A stretch of DNA of 64,000 nt, taken from contig NZ_JBIINP010000001.1 of assembly GCF_044337415.1 (NCBI RefSeq), forward strand, positions 10,321-74,320. Direction: 5' to 3'. Position numbers and translations under genes: made by a program. Below the pieces are notes generated by a model. The model saw only the letters and a program-made list of their open reading frames with translations. It was not told the DNA's origin and searched no databases. This stretch comes from Luteitalea sp. GTDB taxonomy: Bacteria > Acidobacteriota > Vicinamibacteria > Vicinamibacterales > Vicinamibacteraceae. Shown here piece after piece: positions 30,038 to 39,116 of the stretch (position 1 is the stretch's first letter; each line of letters starts with the position of its first letter).

Positions 30038-30961
30038 TTAGGCCCTGGGATGGTGTGAGTCGTACAGCCGTTTCAGGCGCGCCTCGAGCACGTGCGTGTA
30101 GATCTGGGTGGTCGAGAGGGCGGCGTGGCCAAGCATCATCTGGATGGCCCGCAGGTCAGCCCCGCGGTCCAGCAGATGGGTCGCGAAGGAGTGGCGCAGC
30201 ACGTGCGGCGAGACGTCCCTGGTGATGCCCGCCTGCAGCGCATACGCCTTCAGCGCTTTCCAGAAGCCGACGCGGGTCAACGGCGCACTCCCCCGCCCGT
30301 TCGGGAACAGCCACGGGGAGGCATGTCCCTTCAGGAGCAGCGGTCGCTCGCTGCGCAGGTATCGCCGTAGCGAGGCTACGGCGACGTCTCCCACCGGGAC
30401 GATCCGCTGCTTGTCGCCCTTGCCGAGACACGTCAGGAAGCCGACCTCGAGGTTCAAGTCGGTGGGCTTCAGCGACACCAGTTCGGTCACGCGCAGCCCG
30501 GTGGCATAGAGCACGTCCAGCATGACGCGGTCTCTCGCCCCCCGGGGCGTGGCCGTGTCTGGCGCAGCCAACAGGGCCTCCACATCGTCCAGGGACAGGT
30601 ACTTCGGCAGTTCCCGCCACGCGCGCGGTGGTCGCAGGTCTTCGGCAGGGTTCGCGCCGATCACGCGCGACACCAGCAAGTGCTTGTAGAACCCTCGTAC
30701 CCCCGCCACCATCCGCGCGACAGAGCGCGGAGAGTACCCCTCCCCCATCAGGCCCCTCACGAAGGCCTCGAGGTCCTGAAGCGTCAGCGTCTCGGGGGAC
30801 TTCGCCGCGCCAGCGGAGAACCTCGCCAACTGTCGGAGGTCGCGGCTGTAGCTCTCCAGCGTGAGTGGCTGGAGTCGCCGCACCACGCGCAGATGGTCGA
30901 GATACGCGTCGATTCGCGCGTGACTGACAGGTGTCTGGTCGCCGTCCACCACGCCCAGCAT
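30038..30961 (-). CDS. xerD: Site-specific tyrosine recombinase XerD
   Basis: LPKYLS, LYATGLRVTEL, GKGDKQRIVP, SPHVLRHSFATHLL, QMMLGHA.LSTTQIYTHV. Confidence 0.88.
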   Translation of the reverse strand: MLGVVDGDQTPVSHARIDAYLDHLRVVRRLQPLTLESYSRDLRQLARFSAGAAKSPETLTLQDLEAFVRGLMGEGYSPRSVARMVAGVRGFYKHLLVSRVIGANPAEDLRPPRAWRELPKYLSLDDVEALLAAPDTATPRGARDRVMLDVLYATGLRVTELVSLKPTDLNLEVGFLTCLGKGDKQRIVPVGDVAVASLRRYLRSERPLLLKGHASPWLFPNGRGSAPLTRVGFWKALKAYALQAGITRDVSPHVLRHSFATHLLDRGADLRAIQMMLGHAALSTTQIYTHVLEARLKRLYDSHHPRA

Positions 30962-31002
30962 ACGACGCGCGGGAACCTTCCTTGTGACCCCTTCGTCTCT
31001 AG

Positions 31003-31049
31003 GCATAGAATTCGAGGCATCGATGTCGATGTATCGAATCCGAGGTATC
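31003..31049 (+). promoter_or_regulatory. Imperfect 19-bp direct repeat upstream of padR, putative operator pair
   Basis: GCATAGAATTCGAGGCATC (31003-31021) and GTATCGAATCCGAGGTATC (31031-31049), 15/19 identical. Confidence 0.45.
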
Positions 31050-31051
31050 CC

Positions 31052-31384
31052 ATGCCACCCCGTACCGACGCCCTCCAGGGCACCCTCACGCTGCTGATCC
31101 TCAAGACCCTCGACGCAGGGCCGCGTCATGGGTACGCCATCGCCCAGCACATCCAGAACACCTCCAATGCCCTGCTGCGGGTCGAGGAGGGCTCCCTCTA
31201 CCCCGCCCTGAGGCGGCTCGAGCAGGAGGGCTGGGTCAAGTCGTCGTGGAGCGTCACCGAGAGCCAGCGCAAGGCACGCGTCTACTCGCTCACGCCAGCC
31301 GGTCGGCAGCAGCTCGACGAGGAAGAAGCCAAGTGGCAGAAGCTCCTGCAGGGCGTGCGGCACGTCCTCCGGTTCGCGGAGTAA
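31052..31384 (+). CDS. PadR-family transcriptional regulator, acidobacterial type
   Basis: LQGTLTLLILKTL, HGYAIAQHI, VEEGSLYPALRRLE, YSLTPAGRQQL. Confidence 0.93.
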   Translation: MPPRTDALQGTLTLLILKTLDAGPRHGYAIAQHIQNTSNALLRVEEGSLYPALRRLEQEGWVKSSWSVTESQRKARVYSLTPAGRQQLDEEEAKWQKLLQGVRHVLRFAE

Positions 31385-31388
31385 GGGC

Positions 31389-33989
31389 ATGGGCTGGCTG
31401 CGCAGGTTCATCAACTCGGGCACGCGACGGGTCGCCATCGAGCAGGAGATCACCGACGAGATGACGTTCCATCGGGACGAGCTGGTCGCGGAACTCGAGG
31501 CCAACGGCTGGGCCCCTGCCGACGCACGCCGCGAAGCACAGCGCCGACTTGGCCTCTCCGGCGCCCTGGTCGCAGAAGGGGTGGCGCAGGACACGCTCCC
31601 GTGGGTCGCGACGTGGCGGCGCGAGATGCGGCAGACCTGGCGGGGCCTTCGCCGCCGCCCGGTCCTGTTCTCGACGGCCGTCCTGACACTCGCCCTGGGA
31701 GCCGGTGTGCTCCTGGCGACGGCCACCGTGGTCGATCGCCTGTTGCTCGCTCCCCTGCCCCTGCCCGGTGCCACCCGGCTGGTCGTGCTCGACGAGACCC
31801 TCAACGGCCAGAAGGTCGGCGGCAACCCGGCGCGCACCGCCGACTACCGTCGGGAACTCGGTGGCGTGCGGGGCGTCATCGGCGTCTACGGCGAGCAGGT
31901 GGTGCTCGGCCGCGGCACCGACGCGAGGCTGGTGCAGGTGCTGCGCGCGGTGGGCCCGTTTGTCGACGTGCTCCAGCTCACGGCGGCTCGAGGGCGCGTC
32001 CCGACCGACGACGAACAGCGCGACGGCGCCGCGGTCATCCTGCTCACCGACCGCGGCTGGCAGCGCCTCTTCGGGCGAGCTTCGTCGGTCGTCGGGAGCC
32101 AGGTCACGCTCAGGGGGGCCTCCCATCAGGTCGTGGGCGTCCTGCCCGAGTCGGTGGGCTACCCGGCGGATATCGACGTGGTCGCGTCGTCCGGGCCTGA
32201 CTATCAGCGTGCTCCTCGAGGGGGCAACTGGCTGCAGGTGATCGGCCGTCTGGCGCCGGGCGCCACACTCGAGAGCGCCGAGCAGGAAGCCCGGGCCGTT
32301 GCACGTCGCTTCGGCGAAACCTATCCCGAGCACGACCGCAACCTCGACGTCCGCCTCACTGGCTTGCAGGCCTACGAGACGCGCGACATCAGGACCCCGC
32401 TCCTGCTGCTCTTCGGCGCGGCCGTGACCGTCTTCCTCGTCGTCTGCGTGAACGTCGGCGGGTTGCTGTTCGTGCGGGCGATGGCCCGCGACCACGAATC
32501 ATCGGTGCGTGCCGCCCTCGGCGCCGGGCCCTGGGCGATGGCGCGCCTCTCGCTGCACGAGGCTGCCCTCATCGCCGTCGCCGCCCTGCCGGTCGCCTGG
32601 TACATCGCCAGCCTGGTCCTCGGCTGGTTGCAGCGGACGCTCGCCGAGGATGTCGGGGCGCTGGGCCAGGTGGCGCTGGGCCGACGGACCCTTGGCGTGG
32701 GCCTCATCATGCTGCTGGCGACGACGCTGGTACTGGCGGTGTGGCCGGCGTGGCATGTGGTGACGCGCCCCGTCCGGCCCGGCATCGCCCTCCATGCCGC
32801 CACCGATTCGCCGAGCCGTCGCCGGGTCCGGCGAGCGCTGGTCGGCACTCAGGTGGCCTGCAGCACCGTGCTGCTCGTCCTCGCCCTGCTGTTCTCCGTC
32901 AGCCTGCGCGAGATGCTCCAGCGCCCGCGAGGCTTCGATGCGACCAACGTCGTCGCCATCCGGTACGACCTGGATTGGGAGCAGCCCAAGGGCGACATCG
33001 ATCGGCTGGCCCAGCGCGTCCTCGCCGCCGTCGATGGCACCCCCGGCGTGGTCGCCGCGGGTGTGGTCGATCGGTTCCCGCTGCAGGGCGGCACCCAGTC
33101 GGCCGGTGTGCAGATCTACGGGGAAGCCGATGTGGCGGCCGAACGCGCCGACGTGTCGATCCGATCGGCCACACCGGAGTACTTCAGCGCCATCGGGATC
33201 CCCCTGCTGGCGGGGCGCGTGTTCGTCGATGGCGAGGCCGCGGCACAGCGGGCCGAGATCGTCGTCTCGGCGACGTTTGCCCGGAAGCACTTCGGGACGA
33301 GCGACCCCATCGGCAAGCGGGTGTGGCTCCGTTGGAAGGGCAACACGCCGGAGTGGTCCGAGGTGGTCGGCGTCGTGGGCGACGTGCGCCAGTCGTTCCG
33401 GGACGAGTCGGCGGTTCCCGAGGTCTACCGCCCCTGGTCGCGCGCCTACTGGCCGCTGCTGCACGTCGCGGTCCGCACTGACGGGGCGCCCGATGCGATG
33501 CGGCGCCTCCGCGGCGCGCTGCAGCAGGCCATCCCCGATCAGCCGCTGGCCTCGCTGGGCCCCCTGGATGAAGCCATCGACCGCGGGAGTCATCAGGCCC
33601 GAGCCCTGACCCAGGTGATGACGGCCTGCGCCGCGGCAGCCGCGCTGCTGGCCGTGGTGGGCTTGTACGGCCTGCTGGCCAGCGAGATGTCCGCGCGTCG
33701 ACGCGAGGTCGGGATCCGGTTGGCCCTCGGCGCGCGCACGTGGCCGCTGCGCGCCTGGCTCATCCGACCGGGACTCTGGCTGACCCTGGCAGGCGTGCTG
33801 ATCGGCGTGGTGGCGAGTGTGCCGGCGGCGCGGATCCTCGAGCAGCAGCTGTTCGGCGTGCGCAGCGGACACATCGGCGTGCGGGTCACGGCGGCCCTCG
33901 TGCTGCTCCTCGCCGGAGCGGTGGCCGCACTCGTGCCGGCCTGCCGGGTCGTCACCGACCGCGCCCTCGGCGGGCTGAGGTACGAGTGA
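31389..33989 (+). CDS. Duplicated MacB/FtsX-type ABC permease (ADOP-like)
   Basis: EITDEMTFH prefix domain, AVLTLALGAG, VCVNVGGLL, VRAALGA, VVGVVGDVR, GLYGLLA, RRREVGIRLALGA. Confidence 0.9.
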   Translation: MGWLRRFINSGTRRVAIEQEITDEMTFHRDELVAELEANGWAPADARREAQRRLGLSGALVAEGVAQDTLPWVATWRREMRQTWRGLRRRPVLFSTAVLTLALGAGVLLATATVVDRLLLAPLPLPGATRLVVLDETLNGQKVGGNPARTADYRRELGGVRGVIGVYGEQVVLGRGTDARLVQVLRAVGPFVDVLQLTAARGRVPTDDEQRDGAAVILLTDRGWQRLFGRASSVVGSQVTLRGASHQVVGVLPESVGYPADIDVVASSGPDYQRAPRGGNWLQVIGRLAPGATLESAEQEARAVARRFGETYPEHDRNLDVRLTGLQAYETRDIRTPLLLLFGAAVTVFLVVCVNVGGLLFVRAMARDHESSVRAALGAGPWAMARLSLHEAALIAVAALPVAWYIASLVLGWLQRTLAEDVGALGQVALGRRTLGVGLIMLLATTLVLAVWPAWHVVTRPVRPGIALHAATDSPSRRRVRRALVGTQVACSTVLLVLALLFSVSLREMLQRPRGFDATNVVAIRYDLDWEQPKGDIDRLAQRVLAAVDGTPGVVAAGVVDRFPLQGGTQSAGVQIYGEADVAAERADVSIRSATPEYFSAIGIPLLAGRVFVDGEAAAQRAEIVVSATFARKHFGTSDPIGKRVWLRWKGNTPEWSEVVGVVGDVRQSFRDESAVPEVYRPWSRAYWPLLHVAVRTDGAPDAMRRLRGALQQAIPDQPLASLGPLDEAIDRGSHQARALTQVMTACAAAAALLAVVGLYGLLASEMSARRREVGIRLALGARTWPLRAWLIRPGLWLTLAGVLIGVVASVPAARILEQQLFGVRSGHIGVRVTAALVLLLAGAVAALVPACRVVTDRALGGLRYE

Positions 33990-35245
33990 TGCCCGACGTC
34001 ACCCTTTCTCCGGCAGAGCGTCGCCGCCGCCGTTGGCAGCGCTGGCGCGTCCCGGCACTGATCGGCGCCCTGGTGATCGGCGGCACGCTGGGCGTGATGC
34101 GGCTTGCTCCGGCGTCTCCCTCCGTGGATGGCAGTCCGTTGTGGTTCGACACCGTGCAGCGTGGGGAACTCGTGCGGGAGGTGCGCGGCACCGGCTCCCT
34201 GGTGCCCGTGGACACGGCGTGGATTCCGGCCGCCACCGATGGGCGGGTCGGGCGCATCCTGCTCCGCCCGGGAGCATCAGTCGAGTCCGACGATGTGATT
34301 CTCGAGCTGCAGAACTCCGCATTGCAGCAGGAGGTGATCGACACGGGGCTGCAGCTTGCTGCCGCCGAGGCCCGCCTCACGCGAGCCGGTGCCGACGCCA
34401 CCACCACCCTGCTCGCGCAGGAGGCACTCGTGGCCCGCACCGAGGCCGAGTACGAGGAGGCTCGGGCCGACGCCGATGCGGACGCCGCGCTCCGCGTCGA
34501 CGGCCTGGTGTCTGACCTCCAGCATCGCCGGTCGTCCGCGCGTGCCCGGTCCCTGCAGGCGCAGGTCGCCGCCGAGCGCAAGCGCCTGGATGTCGGCGAG
34601 CGCATGCGCCCCTCGCAACTGGCCGAGCAGCAGGCGGAGGTCTCGCGCATGCGGGCGCTGCTCGCCCTCAAACAGGAGCAGCTCGGGCTCCTCCACGTGC
34701 GCGCCGGCATGCGGGGCGTGCTGCAGGCGGTGCCCGTTGAGGTCGGCAGCCAGGTGACGGCCGGCACCAACGTGGCGCGCGTCGCCGATCCCTCCCAGCT
34801 CAAGGCGCAGGTGCGCGTGCCGGAGACGCAGGCGCGCGACGTTCAGGTCGGCCAGGTGGCGCGTGTCGACACGCGAGCCGGCGTGACGGAGGGACGCGTC
34901 TCGCGGGTCGATCCGGCGGCCGTGTCAGGCACCGTGCTGGTCGACATCACGATCGTCGGCGAGATGCCGCGTGGGGCCCGCCCCGACCTGTCGGTGGACG
35001 GCGTCATCGAAATCGAGCGCCTCGTCGACGTCCTCTACATGTCGCGCCCCTCGCAGGGGCCGGAGGGCGGCACGATCAGCGTCTTCCGGACTTCGCCCGG
35101 GGGCATGGCCGACCGCCAGACGGTGCGCCTCGGCAAGGGCTCGGTCCGTCACATCCAGGTCGTCGACGGCTTGCGCGAGGGCGACCGCGTCGTGCTCTCC
35201 GACATGTCGGACTGGGACCAGGTCGACCGCATCCGGATCAGGTAA
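33989..35245 (+). CDS. Efflux periplasmic adaptor (HlyD/MacA family)
   Basis: TM segment, VRGTGSLVP, GRVGRILLRPG, coiled coil, RVDPAAVSGTV, GLREGDRVVLS. Confidence 0.88.
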   Translation: MPDVTLSPAERRRRRWQRWRVPALIGALVIGGTLGVMRLAPASPSVDGSPLWFDTVQRGELVREVRGTGSLVPVDTAWIPAATDGRVGRILLRPGASVESDDVILELQNSALQQEVIDTGLQLAAAEARLTRAGADATTTLLAQEALVARTEAEYEEARADADADAALRVDGLVSDLQHRRSSARARSLQAQVAAERKRLDVGERMRPSQLAEQQAEVSRMRALLALKQEQLGLLHVRAGMRGVLQAVPVEVGSQVTAGTNVARVADPSQLKAQVRVPETQARDVQVGQVARVDTRAGVTEGRVSRVDPAAVSGTVLVDITIVGEMPRGARPDLSVDGVIEIERLVDVLYMSRPSQGPEGGTISVFRTSPGGMADRQTVRLGKGSVRHIQVVDGLREGDRVVLSDMSDWDQVDRIRIR

Positions 35246-35287
35246 CGCCTTTCACACGGGCCGCACGGGCCCCTTTCCCGATACCCC

Positions 35288-36022
35288 ATGTCCCAGCCTC
35301 TGATTCGACTCGACGGTGTCCGCAAGATCTTCGCTGGCGAGGACGTCGAAACCCACGCGCTCGACGGCATCGACCTGACCATCGACTTCGGCGAGTACGT
35401 CGCCATTGCCGGGCCGTCCGGCTGCGGCAAGTCCACGCTGCTGTCGATCCTCGGCCTGCTCGACACGCCGAGCGAAGGCCGCTACCTCCTGAACAACCGC
35501 CCCGTGGAGAGCCTGTCGGCGGCCGAGCGGGCGCGCACCCGCAACCGCGAGATCGGGTTCATCTTCCAGAGCTTCAACCTGATCGGCGACCTGACGGTCT
35601 ACGAGAACGTCGAGTTGCCACTGACCTACATGGGGATGTCGGGCGCGGACCGCACGTCACGGGTCACCCGGGCGCTCGAGCGCGTCGGCATGGCACACCG
35701 CGCCCGCCACCTGCCCGGTCAACTGTCGGGAGGCCAGCAGCAGCGCGTGGCCGTGGCCCGTGCGGTGGTGACGCAGCCGTCGATCCTGCTGGCCGACGAG
35801 CCGACCGGGAACCTCGACTCGCACAACGGCGAGGCCGTGATGCAGTTGCTGCGTGACCTGCACGCCGACGGCGCGACGATCTGCATGGTCACCCACGACC
35901 CGCGGTATGCCGCGCACGCGACGCGGTCGGTGCACCTGTTCGACGGGCGGGTGGTGCCGGATGACCACGCGGGTACCACGACCGGCGTGGGGGGAGCGGC
36001 CGCAGGCGCGCGCCGGGACTGA
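35288..36022 (+). CDS. ABC transporter ATP-binding protein (MacB/LolD-like)
   Basis: GPSGCGKST, FIFQSFNL, LSGGQQQRVAVARA, ADEPTGNLD, VTHD. Confidence 0.95.
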   Translation: MSQPLIRLDGVRKIFAGEDVETHALDGIDLTIDFGEYVAIAGPSGCGKSTLLSILGLLDTPSEGRYLLNNRPVESLSAAERARTRNREIGFIFQSFNLIGDLTVYENVELPLTYMGMSGADRTSRVTRALERVGMAHRARHLPGQLSGGQQQRVAVARAVVTQPSILLADEPTGNLDSHNGEAVMQLLRDLHADGATICMVTHDPRYAAHATRSVHLFDGRVVPDDHAGTTTGVGGAAAGARRD

Positions 36023-36052
36023 CGTCCCGGGCACGCCCGCCGCTGAGGCCGG

Positions 36053-37669
36053 TCAGAGGTAGGCGGCGCCCACCATGATCTTGCGGACGCGCATGTAGGG
36101 CGCGCCGTGCGAGATGTGATTGATCTGGACCGGCTGGCCCTTGGCGTCGCCGGTCGTGCCGTGCATCTCCCAGGAGCCCTTGTTGGAGACGGCGTCGAGG
36201 TTGCCGTAGAAGTCCGTCGTGATCGCGTTGTAGGTCACGTCGGCCACCATGCGGGTCTTCTTGCCGTTCTTGATCTCCCAGAACGCGTCGCCGCCGAACT
36301 GCCCGTTGTAGCGCTGCTGGTCGATGGAGTAGCTGCCGCGCCCGTCGATGAGCAGGCCGTCCTTCGTGTCCGCGATGATCTCCTCGGCGCTGGGGGCCTT
36401 GTCGTCGCCCGGCTCGACGTGCACGTTGGGCATGCGCAGGAACGGATAGTTGCGCCAGGAGGTGGCGAACGTGCAGCCGCGGCTCTCCTTCTCGCCCATG
36501 AAGTGGGCCGTCTCGCGGTTGGTCTGCAGCCCCACCAGGACGCCGTCGCGCACGATCGGCCACGACTGCGTCTTCACGCCATCGTCGTCGTACCCCACCG
36601 TGCAGAGGGCGCCGGGCATGGTCCGATCGGCCGTGACGTTGAAGAGCTTGCTGCCGTACTTCAGCTTGCCGACGTCCGACACCTTGATGAAGCTCGTGCC
36701 GGCGTAATTGGCCTCGTAGCCCAGGATGCGATCGAGCTCGGTCGGGTGGCCGATGATCTCGTGGATCGTCAGCATCGAGTGCGACGGCGTCATCACGATG
36801 TCCTTCAGGCCGGCGGTCACCGACGGCGCCATCGCGTGCTCGACCGCCTCGGCGGCGATGCGGTCGGCGTTCTCGAGCATGCCGCCGCCGGTCACCACCT
36901 CGTAGCCGCCCGTCCGCGCCTGGACGGTGTAGGTGCGCGTCTTCACCTTCCCGCCCGCGCGCGCCGTCGCCGTGTAGCTCGGCGCCATGCGCCACGTTTC
37001 CTGCTCGATGTAGGAGCCCTCGCTCGAGGCGAAGTACTTCCACTCGTAGTCCTGGGCGATCGACGACTGCGTGCGGATGATGCCCTTGGTCTTCATCAAC
37101 TGCTCGTTGATGCCGAGCAGGAAGGTGATCCGGTCGTCGAGGCTCACCGTCGCGGGATCCACCGTGATCGGCGTGGCCCAGTAGGTCTGGTAGCCCTGCG
37201 TCGGCGTGAGCTTCACGTCGAAGCGCTTGGCGACGGCGCTGGCACGCGCCACGTCCACCGCCTGCCGGGTGATGGCCCGCACCTGTTCCTCGGTGACCGA
37301 CGGGCTGCTGGCGAAGCCCCACACACCGCTGTGGAGCACGCGCACGCCGAAGCCGGCGCTCTCGTTGCGGCCGCCCCCGCCGCCGAACCCACCGCCACCA
37401 CCACCGCCCCCGCCGAACCCGCCGCCGCCCACGATGCGATCACGCACGGTGACCGAGTCGCTGACGTTGCGCGTGAAGCGGACATCGCAGTAGGTGGCCC
37501 CGAGGCGCTTGGCTTCGCCGAGCGCGATGTCGGACAGGCCCCTGAACTTCGACTCCAGCACCTTGCCCTTGGGCGACTGCGCGACGAGCGCGGCGACCAG
37601 GTCGCTGGAGGCGAGCGCCATCGAGGTGGCGCCCACGGTCTTGAGGAACTCGCGACGATTGCTGGACAT
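36053..37669 (-). CDS. TldD-family metalloprotease with twin-arginine signal peptide (paralogue 1)
   Basis: MSSNRREFLK Tat motif, GFGVRVLHSGVWGFAS, HEIIGH (36746-36763), SWRNYPFLRMPN, SYSIDQQRYNGQFGG. Confidence 0.9.
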   Translation of the reverse strand: MSSNRREFLKTVGATSMALASSDLVAALVAQSPKGKVLESKFRGLSDIALGEAKRLGATYCDVRFTRNVSDSVTVRDRIVGGGGFGGGGGGGGGFGGGGGRNESAGFGVRVLHSGVWGFASSPSVTEEQVRAITRQAVDVARASAVAKRFDVKLTPTQGYQTYWATPITVDPATVSLDDRITFLLGINEQLMKTKGIIRTQSSIAQDYEWKYFASSEGSYIEQETWRMAPSYTATARAGGKVKTRTYTVQARTGGYEVVTGGGMLENADRIAAEAVEHAMAPSVTAGLKDIVMTPSHSMLTIHEIIGHPTELDRILGYEANYAGTSFIKVSDVGKLKYGSKLFNVTADRTMPGALCTVGYDDDGVKTQSWPIVRDGVLVGLQTNRETAHFMGEKESRGCTFATSWRNYPFLRMPNVHVEPGDDKAPSAEEIIADTKDGLLIDGRGSYSIDQQRYNGQFGGDAFWEIKNGKKTRMVADVTYNAITTDFYGNLDAVSNKGSWEMHGTTGDAKGQPVQINHISHGAPYMRVRKIMVGAAYL

Positions 37670-37677
37670 GGCTGGCC

Positions 37678-39033
37678 TCAGACCGCGGGAGAGACGGACG
37701 TCATCGTGAAGTCCTCGATGCGCATGGCCGGGATCATGGCCGTGCCCGGCTGGTCGTAGGCCTCCCCGGTGTGCATCGGCTCGGGCGGCCCGAGCGCGCT
37801 GATGTTGTTCAGGCCGACCACCGGCGTCTCGTTCCAGCGGAAGTTCTGCACAGGGGCCGTGATCTCGCCGTTCTCGATGAGGAACAGGCCGTCGCGCGTC
37901 ATGCCGGTGTAGAGGATCGACATCTGTTCCACCGGTCGCATGTACCAGAAGAACGAGACGAGCAGGCCGCGCTTGGTCGTCTTGATCATCTCCTCGACCG
38001 ACGTCGTGCCCCCGTCCATCACCAGGCTGAGCCCGGGCGGCGTCGCCGTGGGCTGCTTGCCGGTCTTCTGCGCCCAGTAGCGGCTGTAGTAGAGGTTCTT
38101 GACGACACCCTTCTCGATCCAGGTGACGTCCTGCGCGGCGAGGCCGTCCTCGCCGATCGGCGACTGGCGCAGCACGGGATGGTTGATCACCGAGCGGATG
38201 GTGACGTTGTCGCCGAACAGCTTCTCGCCCACCTTGGTCTGGCCGCGTTCCTTGCCGCTCATGAAGCTCCGGCCTTCCTCGGCCGACCGCGCGTCCATGG
38301 ACGTCAGCAGCAGAGAGAGGAAGCGGGCCGCCGGCCGCGACTCGAGGATCACCGTGTAGTCGCCGGGCTCGATGGCGCGTGGCTTCTGCGACTTCAGCGC
38401 CTTGTCCGAGGCGCGCTCGGTGATCGAGACGGGGTCGATCTGCGACACGTCCTTGAGCCCGGTCTGCCCTGCCCACCCGGACCCGGTGCCATCCGGCGTG
38501 CGGCACGTGAGGATCAGGCTGGCCTCGGCGTAGCGGAAGTACGAGAACAGGCCCTCGCTGTTGGCCGTGGCCTGCGTCCAGTGCAGCTTCGGGATGTAGC
38601 CGGCGCCGACCACACCCTTCTTCTCGCAGATGTCGAGGCTCTTCTTGACCATCGCGGCCCGCTCGGCCGGGCCGAAGTTGGCCGTGCGGTCGATCACGGC
38701 CTCGACGGGCACGTAGTTCTGCGGCGGCTTCACCAGCGGCATCGTCTCCGGGTTGTCGGGCTTGCGCCTGGCCAGGGCCTGCGCTTCCTCGATCGCCGTC
38801 TTGAGCGAGGCGTCGTCGAACTGGTGCGTCACCGTGCTGGCGCTCTTCTGCCCGTAGTACACGGTGATGTTGACCTGCTGGTCGTGCTCGATCAGGTTGG
38901 CCGTGATGCTGGAGTTGGCGTACCGCGTGGCCGAGCGCTCGCCGCCCTGGAAGTCGACCTCGACCGCGTCGGCCTTGGCCATGTTCAGGATCTTGTCGGT
39001 GATCGCCTTCACTTCTTCGCGTGAATAACTCAT
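37678..39033 (-). CDS. TldE/PmbA-family protein, no signal peptide, no HExxxH
   Basis: [51 protein letters not shown]. Confidence 0.88.
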   Translation of the reverse strand: MSYSREEVKAITDKILNMAKADAVEVDFQGGERSATRYANSSITANLIEHDQQVNITVYYGQKSASTVTHQFDDASLKTAIEEAQALARRKPDNPETMPLVKPPQNYVPVEAVIDRTANFGPAERAAMVKKSLDICEKKGVVGAGYIPKLHWTQATANSEGLFSYFRYAEASLILTCRTPDGTGSGWAGQTGLKDVSQIDPVSITERASDKALKSQKPRAIEPGDYTVILESRPAARFLSLLLTSMDARSAEEGRSFMSGKERGQTKVGEKLFGDNVTIRSVINHPVLRQSPIGEDGLAAQDVTWIEKGVVKNLYYSRYWAQKTGKQPTATPPGLSLVMDGGTTSVEEMIKTTKRGLLVSFFWYMRPVEQMSILYTGMTRDGLFLIENGEITAPVQNFRWNETPVVGLNNISALGPPEPMHTGEAYDQPGTAMIPAMRIEDFTMTSVSPAV

Positions 39034-39055
39034 GAAGTCCTCGGACAATCCGTGT

Positions 39056-39112
39056 GTAGCCGTCGGACTTGTCCGACGGTGGCCTCACGCGCCGGACAAG
39101 TCCGGCGCCTAC
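39056..39112. repeat. Inverted REP doublet (REPIN/BIME-like), GTAG-type
   Basis: GTAGCCGTCGGACTTGTCCGACGG on + (39056-39079) and GTAGGCGCCGGACTTGTCCGGCGC on - (39089-39112), with a 9-nt spacer. Confidence 0.8.
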
Positions 39113-39116
39113 GAAC

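Noticed and set aside
30038-30961. Tyrosine recombinase as a phage or island integrase
   Set aside because: Motifs and length match housekeeping XerD; no adjacent tRNA, att repeats or phage genes were seen.
37670-39088. Apparent 1011-aa TldD ORF 36053-39088
   Set aside because: The upstream part is an out-of-frame shadow of tldE; the Tat leader begins at 37669.
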